Positions 30,712-36,461 of a stretch of 36,461 bases of DNA are shown here, piece by piece. The DNA comes from a virus (taxonomy: Duplodnaviria; Caudoviricetes), in IMG/VR virus record IMGVR_UViG_3300046028_005651, positions 1 to 36,461 of that record; one strand, given 5' to 3'. Position 1 is the first letter of the stretch. The number at the start of each line of letters is the position of its first letter. The notes beneath the pieces were generated by a model. That model was not told the origin of the DNA and searched no databases. It saw only the letters and a list, made by a program, of their open reading frames with translations. A program made the translations under genes and the position numbers.

Positions 30712-32670
30712 ATGAATGTTCTCTCATTATTTGACGGTATGAGCTGCCTACAGATTGCAATGAAGGAGTTGGGTTTAAAAGTAGATAATTACTTTGCTAG
30801 TGAAATTGATAAACACGCTATTGCACAAACTCAACTCAACTTTCCTAATACTATACAACTAGGAAGTGTAACAAGAATAAACACAAAAACGATTTTTTTA
30901 TCGGAGGTATATTCTTATATTTGTAATAAATATTTTAAAAATGACATACACAATTTACAAAGCATCATTCCCGAATGGGAAATGCTACATAGGATTAACG
31001 AAGCGCAAACTTTCGCAGCGTATTATGGAACACAAGTCGAGAATGAAAATAAAAAAATACCAACAAATTCCAATTTATCAATTAATGACAGAATTTGGTT
31101 TTGGAAATGTCCAATGGGAGGCGATAACGGAGTTTACGACATTGCCAGAAGCGGAAGCAGAGGAAAAATTGCAAATAAAATTGATGTCGGGGATTTGTGT
31201 AAATATTCTTTCTGGTGGAATGGGGACAGACAACACGAATCCAGAGTTAAGGAGGAGGGTTTCTTTGGGGCAGATAGGGTTGAAGAAAACAGAAGCAACA
31301 AAACAGAAGCTAAGGGAAATCGCAATCAAGCAATTTTCGAGAGTAGAGGCAAGAGAACACCAAAGAATGAAAGCAAATCAGCAGTTCCAGAATCCAATAA
31401 TGAAACAAAACCATATAAATGCAATGGCGAAAAAAGACTGGATATTAATAGCGGAGAAGAAGAAAGAAACGGAAGAGAAAAAAAGAGTGGCGAGGTTTGT
31501 AAAAATGAGGGAGATTTACAAACCAACAATGAAGTTAACAGAGTTGGCGGAATTGACAGGGTTTTCTTATCAATTTATAAGGAAGTACAAGTCACAATTA
31601 TTGAGTGTGAATGGGGAGTAATTATTTCAAAAGGAATCTTCCAATTTACGGGCGGTGGATCGCCATGCACAAATTTCAGTTTTGCTGGTAAGCGCAAAGG
31701 AATGAGTACTAAAAGTGAAACAGAAATACTAACCCTAGAACATTACTTACAGCTAAAAAGTGAAGGATTTGAGTTTGAAGGCCAATCGTATTTGTTTTGG
31801 GAATATATGAGAATACTAACCGACATAAGAAAAGTAAATCCTAGTGTAAAGTTTTTGTTGGAAAACGTAGAAATGGGCGAAAAGTGGGAAAAGATTTTGA
31901 GCCGAGCAATTGGTGTAAATGGTATTCATATTAATTCTGCCTTGGTTTCAGCACAAAACCGAAAGCGTATTTATTGGACTAATATTGGTATGCAGCCACA
32001 AGGTTTATTTGGCGATTTGCAAAGCATAATTACTCAACCACGCAACAAAGGCATTTTACTGAAAGATATTTTGGAAACTGAAGTGGATGAAAAGTATTTT
32101 TTGAGTGAAAAGGCAGTTGAAAATATTATAAAACATAAAGAAAATCAAACTTTAAAAGGATTTGGATTTGGTGCAAAGTTTCATGAAGAAAATGAAAAGA
32201 TGGGTGCTTTAAAAATTGGCGGCAAAGGTGTTGATGATTTAGTTGTTCATAACTTAATGCCTAGATCGAGTAAAAGCGGAAAAGGTGGTACTGGTCCATT
32301 AAGTAGAAACGATGGAAAAACTTATTGTTTAGACACAGGCAATACCAACGCAATTGAAGTAATTAACAAAGACGACTTGGTTATCCAGTTAAATCCTAGC
32401 AAAGAAAGTGGTGGGCAGCAACCATATCAACAAAACAGAGTTTACAGTGAAGACGGTATAATGCCTGCTTTAAACGCTCAATTAGGTGGTAGAAACAATA
32501 TCCAAACCACTTCGCAAATAAGAAGACTTACGCCAACAGAATGTGCTAAACTCCAAACTATACCCGAATGGTACACATGGAACTGTTCGGACACACAACA
32601 ATATCGTATGCTTGGCAATGGCTGGACAATATCAGTAATAACTCACATATTAAACTATTTAAAAAATTAA
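30712..32670 (+). CDS. DNA (cytosine-5) methyltransferase with a ~245-aa in-frame insertion
   Basis: Motif I 'MNVLSLFDGMS', II 'ASEID', IV 'GGSPC', VI 'LLENV', VIII 'AQNRKRIYW', IX 'RRLTPTECAKLQ', X 'MLGNGW'. True start taken as ATG 30712, 1 nt after the upstream stop. Confidence 0.9.
   Translation: MNVLSLFDGMSCLQIAMKELGLKVDNYFASEIDKHAIAQTQLNFPNTIQLGSVTRINTKTIFLSEVYSYICNKYFKNDIHNLQSIIPEWEMLHRINEAQTFAAYYGTQVENENKKIPTNSNLSINDRIWFWKCPMGGDNGVYDIARSGSRGKIANKIDVGDLCKYSFWWNGDRQHESRVKEEGFFGADRVEENRSNKTEAKGNRNQAIFESRGKRTPKNESKSAVPESNNETKPYKCNGEKRLDINSGEEERNGREKKSGEVCKNEGDLQTNNEVNRVGGIDRVFLSIYKEVQVTIIECEWGVIISKGIFQFTGGGSPCTNFSFAGKRKGMSTKSETEILTLEHYLQLKSEGFEFEGQSYLFWEYMRILTDIRKVNPSVKFLLENVEMGEKWEKILSRAIGVNGIHINSALVSAQNRKRIYWTNIGMQPQGLFGDLQSIITQPRNKGILLKDILETEVDEKYFLSEKAVENIIKHKENQTLKGFGFGAKFHEENEKMGALKIGGKGVDDLVVHNLMPRSSKSGKGGTGPLSRNDGKTYCLDTGNTNAIEVINKDDLVIQLNPSKESGGQQPYQQNRVYSEDGIMPALNAQLGGRNNIQTTSQIRRLTPTECAKLQTIPEWYTWNCSDTQQYRMLGNGWTISVITHILNYLKN
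30916..30923 (+). promoter_or_regulatory. Internal Bacteroidota -7 promoter element for the nested endonuclease
   Basis: TATATTTG, 17 nt upstream of ATG 30941, followed by an AT-rich leader (TAATAAATATTTTAAAA). Confidence 0.6.
30941..31621 (+). mobile_element. GIY-YIG homing endonuclease gene (NUMOD3-like motif, C-terminal HTH) nested in the +1 frame of the methyltransferase
   Basis: 'TIY...CYIGLT...RIMEH', 'AEAEE', 'VNILSGG'; NUMOD3-like 'GLKKTEATKQKLRE'; HTH-like 'LTELAELTGFSYQFIRKY'. Confidence 0.85.
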
Positions 32671-32672
32671 AA

Positions 32673-32948
32673 ATGGCACAACTACAAATACAATCTAACT
32701 ACTTTTTAGTAGCAGCAGATGACGAAGACGAAGAAAAAGTACAGGGTGGAATTATCTTACCCGGTAAAAAGAAAAGAGAACGACTTGGAACTATAATAGA
32801 AGTTGGAAACGAACAAGAAGACGAGAGAGTAGTTATAGGCGCACGAGTAATGTATAACATATATGGTGGGACTAAACTAACTTTTAATAATAAAACACAC
32901 TACTTGCTTAAAATTACAGACCTATATGGGTTTGTTGAGGAGAATTAA
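32673..32948 (+). CDS. groES: GroES/Cpn10-like co-chaperonin
   Basis: 'EEKVQGGIILPG...GTIIEVG...VVIGARVMYNIYGGTKL...YLLKITDLYG'. Start at ATG 32673 after the methyltransferase stop. Confidence 0.85.
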   Translation: MAQLQIQSNYFLVAADDEDEEKVQGGIILPGKKKRERLGTIIEVGNEQEDERVVIGARVMYNIYGGTKLTFNNKTHYLLKITDLYGFVEEN

Positions 32949-32953
32949 AAACT

Positions 32954-34354
32954 ATGGGAAACACAAGAAAACAGAAACCAAGCATTGACAAAGCCGAATA
33001 TACCAAAATTCTAAATGACGAGCAAAAACAACTTTTTGATAAACTAGAAGAGTTTTTGAATGATTCAGAAAAAAGATTGTTTTGTATTAAAGGCTATGCA
33101 GGTACGGGCAAGACATTTACTTTGGCTAGGTTTTTCAGCTACTTTACAAGCATTAATAAACGTAAGAAGGTTTGCTTAACAGCTCCAACAAATAAAGCCA
33201 CAGGAGTGCTTAAAAACAGCACACCAAAGGAAATGAAATCCTACTTAGAATTTAGTACTATTCATAAACTACTTGGAATTAAAGCTACCATAACAGAAAA
33301 TGGTGAAGAGATTTTTGAACAAAAAGGAATATGTAAGGTAAACGATTATTTTGTTGTAGTTGTTGATGAAGTATCAATGCTTGACGATGAATTGTTTTTT
33401 ACACTTTTAAAGTTTGAATATGTAAAGTTTATATTCCAAGGTGATCCGTTTCAAATACCTCCAATTAATAAAACAGATTGCGAACCGTTCCTTAATCCTG
33501 ATACTTATAAGATAGAAACTTTTGAGTTAAAAAAGATTATGAGGCAGTCAGACGGTAATCCAATTATTGATGCAGGTTATTATGTTAGGTCTAATCCAGA
33601 TACTAAAACTTATGATTTTTCTACTTTCCACAACAAAGAAAACCTTGACTTCAAAGACACTTCACGAGATGCAATCAGGATAGAGTTAAAAAATGAAATG
33701 AATACTTTGTTTAGTAGTGACGAGTTTAAAGCCGATATGGGGAACTATAAAGTTATTGCATGGAGAAACGCTAAGGTTGCTTCTTATAATACCTTTATTC
33801 GTAACATTTACCATAACAATAAGGCAAATGCTATTTTACCTCAACTATTAGTAGGAGAACAAATTATTAGCAAATCTCCAATTATGGATGACGACCAAAT
33901 ATTGGTTAACACTAATACTGAAATGGAAATTGTGAATTTGGAAGACAAAGCAACGGAAGTAGATTCTATTCATTTTGGCTCGTATAATGTAAGAGTTAAG
34001 TATTTTGATTACGATTTAGAAAAGTATATCGAAAAAGATATAACGGTTTTAAAGGACTACGAAAAAACAGCATTCCAAGCATATTTGAATAAACTAGCTG
34101 ATTTAGCTAAGTTCGGAAACCCTGACAAAAGAAAATGGCATTGGCAAAACTTTTATAAGGCAAAAGAAATATTTGCAGACATAACCTTTGCTTATGCTTT
34201 AACAGCCCACACTTCACAAGGAAGTACCTACAAACAAGTGTTTGTTGATGTAAGCGATATTATGCTTAACAGCAAAGTAGTTGAAAGAAACAGAATAATT
34301 TATACAGCCATAACAAGAGCTGCAGAAAAAGTAACAATTATAAAAAACAGTTAA
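32954..34354 (+). CDS. SF1B helicase (Dda/RecD-like)
   Basis: 'GYAGTGKT', 'APTNKA', 'TIHKLL', 'VDEVSM', 'GDPFQIPPI', 'YALTAHTSQGSTY', 'YTAITRA'. Confidence 0.9.
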   Translation: MGNTRKQKPSIDKAEYTKILNDEQKQLFDKLEEFLNDSEKRLFCIKGYAGTGKTFTLARFFSYFTSINKRKKVCLTAPTNKATGVLKNSTPKEMKSYLEFSTIHKLLGIKATITENGEEIFEQKGICKVNDYFVVVVDEVSMLDDELFFTLLKFEYVKFIFQGDPFQIPPINKTDCEPFLNPDTYKIETFELKKIMRQSDGNPIIDAGYYVRSNPDTKTYDFSTFHNKENLDFKDTSRDAIRIELKNEMNTLFSSDEFKADMGNYKVIAWRNAKVASYNTFIRNIYHNNKANAILPQLLVGEQIISKSPIMDDDQILVNTNTEMEIVNLEDKATEVDSIHFGSYNVRVKYFDYDLEKYIEKDITVLKDYEKTAFQAYLNKLADLAKFGNPDKRKWHWQNFYKAKEIFADITFAYALTAHTSQGSTYKQVFVDVSDIMLNSKVVERNRIIYTAITRAAEKVTIIKNS

Positions 34355-34366
34355 TTTAAAAATAAA

Positions 34367-35662
34367 ATGTCAAACACAGATTTAACAAAACAACAATCAG
34401 AAGTAGCAAAACAGTTAGATTTTGCAGTACTTCAAGTAATCGGCCAAGATAATATTATTGGCTTTCAAAAGGCTTTCCAAGTAGCCGAAGCAACAAGAGT
34501 ACTGAAAGAAGTGCTAAATGACGACTACATGAAACCTATTATGCTATTACAAGGCAGTAGATTAGGTTTTAAGACCGACAAAGACACTTCGGGAGGTTAT
34601 CACATTACTATTGTAAAACAATGCTTAATAGAAGCAGTTTTAACAGGAGTACAGCCAAGTATGAACCATTTTAATATTATAGCAGGAAATTGCTATTTGA
34701 CTAAAGAGGGCTTTGGTTATTTGTTAAGTAAACTACAAGGTTTGACTTACGAAATTGTACCTTTCATTCCTAAAGTAGAAGGCAATCAAGCAGTAATCGT
34801 AATGAAAATCACTTGGAGTATGAACGGTGGCAAAACCGAAGTGAGAGAGATTGAGTTTGCTATTAAGGTAAACAACTTTATGGGTGCTGATGCTATTATT
34901 GGTAAAGCAACTCGTAAAGCTCGTGCATGGCTTTATAACACCATTACAGGGGTTGAAATTGCAGAAGGTGATATTACTGATGCCGACATTCCAAAAGCAA
35001 CCAACACAGTTCCTATTGGTGGTGTAGCTTCGGAAGCAATAAGCCCACAAGCAGAGAAAGTAGCTGACAACACTAAAATTGAAACCGAAAAAGCCAGAGA
35101 GAAAAAAGCCAAAGCAGAACAATTAGCCGGAACAGTAGCACAAAAACCAATTAGTGTACCTGAAAGCGTTGAAGATGCTAAAGTAGTATCTGAAACCAAA
35201 ACAGAAGCGACAACTGAAAGCTACAAGGAAATGGTTTTGAAATTAAAACCTCAGGAGATTGTAGCCGAGTTAAAAAACAAACTACCTTACGTTACTAAAG
35301 AAGCCTTTGAAGGAGTAACAGGTCAAAAGTTAAACGCTAAAACAGCAACAACGCTTTTAATTGATCACAATGAAAATATCCTAGAAGTTACTTTGGATAA
35401 GATTTACGGTACGAGTTTGGAGCAATTAAAAGCATGGAAGCCAGAAGTAGCAGTAGAGCAACCAAAGGCAGAATCACCCGTAGCTGAAAGTAGAGCAGAA
35501 AACGACCTAATGACACAAATGGCAATCACTGACGAGTTTGTTGATGGTAATGTAGATATTACACAAGCAGCTATAGACCTAGGCTTTGCAAGTAGTGATG
35601 ATTTATTAAAGTTTGGTACACTAGCTAAAAGCGCAGAGTATGTCAAATCTAAAAAGGCTTAA
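34367..35662 (+). CDS. Possible single-strand annealing (RecT/Bet-like) protein with a long low-complexity C-terminal half
   Basis: Globular N-terminal ~205 aa ('LGFKTDKD', 'FNIIAGNCYLTKEG', 'GKATRKAR') followed by an Ala/Glu/Lys/Thr-rich linker. Function inferred from the YqaJ partner and a loose pattern resemblance. Confidence 0.4.
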   Translation: MSNTDLTKQQSEVAKQLDFAVLQVIGQDNIIGFQKAFQVAEATRVLKEVLNDDYMKPIMLLQGSRLGFKTDKDTSGGYHITIVKQCLIEAVLTGVQPSMNHFNIIAGNCYLTKEGFGYLLSKLQGLTYEIVPFIPKVEGNQAVIVMKITWSMNGGKTEVREIEFAIKVNNFMGADAIIGKATRKARAWLYNTITGVEIAEGDITDADIPKATNTVPIGGVASEAISPQAEKVADNTKIETEKAREKKAKAEQLAGTVAQKPISVPESVEDAKVVSETKTEATTESYKEMVLKLKPQEIVAELKNKLPYVTKEAFEGVTGQKLNAKTATTLLIDHNENILEVTLDKIYGTSLEQLKAWKPEVAVEQPKAESPVAESRAENDLMTQMAITDEFVDGNVDITQAAIDLGFASSDDLLKFGTLAKSAEYVKSKKA

Positions 35663-35900
35663 GTCCTTATTACTTTTAAACAGTAAAGTTAAAAAAAGTG
35701 GGGCAAATGGTTATAAAGCCGTTTGCTTCACTCAAATTGGTGCGGAGTATATGAACAACATGTTTAAAGATAAAGCCCCTATATCAATTGAAATAACACC
35801 AACAAGCCCATTTTTCATTAATAAACAAGACAAACTAGATTACTTATGCAAGAAAAACAAGTCATTGGAGAAAATGGTAAGCCTATTACAGTTAGAGTAG
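35640..35900 (+). CDS. Hypothetical protein, 86 aa
   Basis: ORF overlapping the upstream stop; start position uncertain. Confidence 0.45.
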   Translation: MSNLKRLKSLLLLNSKVKKSGANGYKAVCFTQIGAEYMNNMFKDKAPISIEITPTSPFFINKQDKLDYLCKKNKSLEKMVSLLQLE

Positions 35901-35902
35901 TA

Positions 35903-36118
35903 ATGAGTGGCGAATACCAATTGCCTAACGAGGGCTTTGTAAGAAAGCAAATTGCAGTTAATAGAATACACCAACTTATTCCTGACTACAAATATTTAAC
36001 TTATTCGCAAAGAAAAAGAAGCCGCATTTTAATGGGTATAATTATTTGCCGTCATTGTTTTTACCCTCAAAAAATTGAAAACACAGAATGTTGTTTTTGT
36101 GAAAACCCTATAAAATAA
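35903..36118 (+). CDS. Small zinc-ribbon protein
   Basis: C-terminal CRHC...CCFC. Start taken at ATG 35903, 2 nt after the upstream stop. Confidence 0.55.
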   Translation: MSGEYQLPNEGFVRKQIAVNRIHQLIPDYKYLTYSQRKRSRILMGIIICRHCFYPQKIENTECCFCENPIK

Positions 36119-36122
36119 AATT

Positions 36123-36461
36123 ATGATTTTAGTATTTGATACAGAAACAAACGGTCTTCCTAAGAATTGGAAAGCACCCGTTACAGACTTGGATAATTGG
36201 CCAAGGATAATTCAACTTGCATTTGCTACATTTAGTGATGAAGGAGAATTTATTGACAGCTATTGTGAATTGATAGTGCCTGATGGTTGGGAAGTTCCAA
36301 CAGATAAGTTTTGGGTTGACAATGGATATTCGCAAGACAGTTCAATAATGTTTGGAGTGCCTATTCAGGAAGCAATGACAACCTTATTGGTAAGTATGCA
36401 AAGTTGCAGCACCATAGTAGCTCACAATATGAGCTTTGACGAGAAAATTGTAGGAGCATCT
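36123..36461 (+). CDS. DEDD 3'-5' exonuclease (DnaQ-like), 3'-truncated
   Basis: ATG 36123 gives 'MILVFDTETNGLPKNWKAPVTDLDNWPRIIQLAF'; ExoII-like 'VAHNMSFDE' near the window end. Absent from the ORF track because no stop is reached. Confidence 0.85.
   Translation, partial: MILVFDTETNGLPKNWKAPVTDLDNWPRIIQLAFATFSDEGEFIDSYCELIVPDGWEVPTDKFWVDNGYSQDSSIMFGVPIQEAMTTLLVSMQSCSTIVAHNMSFDEKIVGAS

Noticed and set aside
30874-31650. Group I intron or intein as the explanation for the methyltransferase insertion
   Set aside because: Non-ORF flanks (~67 and ~29 nt) are too short for a group I core and I saw no P7-like elements. There are no intein N-terminal Cys/Ser block or His-Asn-Cys junction, and the endonuclease is in a different frame. 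Not formally excluded without a covariance-model search.
36129-36335. Minus-strand 68-aa ORF at the window end
   Set aside because: Antisense to the clear DnaQ-like exonuclease starting at 36123.
1-36461. Stop-codon reassignment as seen in some crAss-like phages; CRISPR array; integrase or IS elements
   Set aside because: Genes are intact and densely packed under the standard code, with TAG used as a true stop (e.g. 20532-20534). No repeat-spacer array, integrase or transposase motifs were seen.

Overview
A 36.5-kb AT-rich segment of a bacteriophage genome. Essentially all genes are on the + strand in the standard genetic code. Bacteroidota-type promoters (TTTG-N19/20-TAnnTTTG) and A-rich, SD-less start contexts point to a Bacteroidota host, possibly Flavobacteriia. 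The left half (1-20534) is a crAss-like/podovirus-type late module: ring (tail tubular) proteins, a tail stabilisation/muzzle protein, probable ejection proteins, a 3664-aa polyvalent protein (ART-like, GNAT-like, two zincin-like and LPD38-like regions; no RNA polymerase motif seen) and a ferritin. A 518-nt intergenic region (20535-21052) holds a terminator, 12-bp-period repeats, a variant promoter, an extended Shine-Dalgarno minigene, a tRNA-like element with an expanded anticodon arm, hairpins and a type III hammerhead ribozyme. The right half (21053-36461) is an early/replication module: HTH protein, SAM methyltransferase, GT9-like glycosyltransferase, primase-helicase, rhomboid protease, SSB-like protein, YqaJ exonuclease, RuvC-like resolvase, C5 DNA methyltransferase, GroES, Dda/RecD-like helicase, a possible annealing protein and a DnaQ-like exonuclease. 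The most striking feature is a GIY-YIG endonuclease gene with its own promoter, nested out of frame inside the DNA methyltransferase gene. The methyltransferase frame stays open for about 260 codons across it, with no intron or intein signature. All calls come from reading motifs by eye; no database searches were run.
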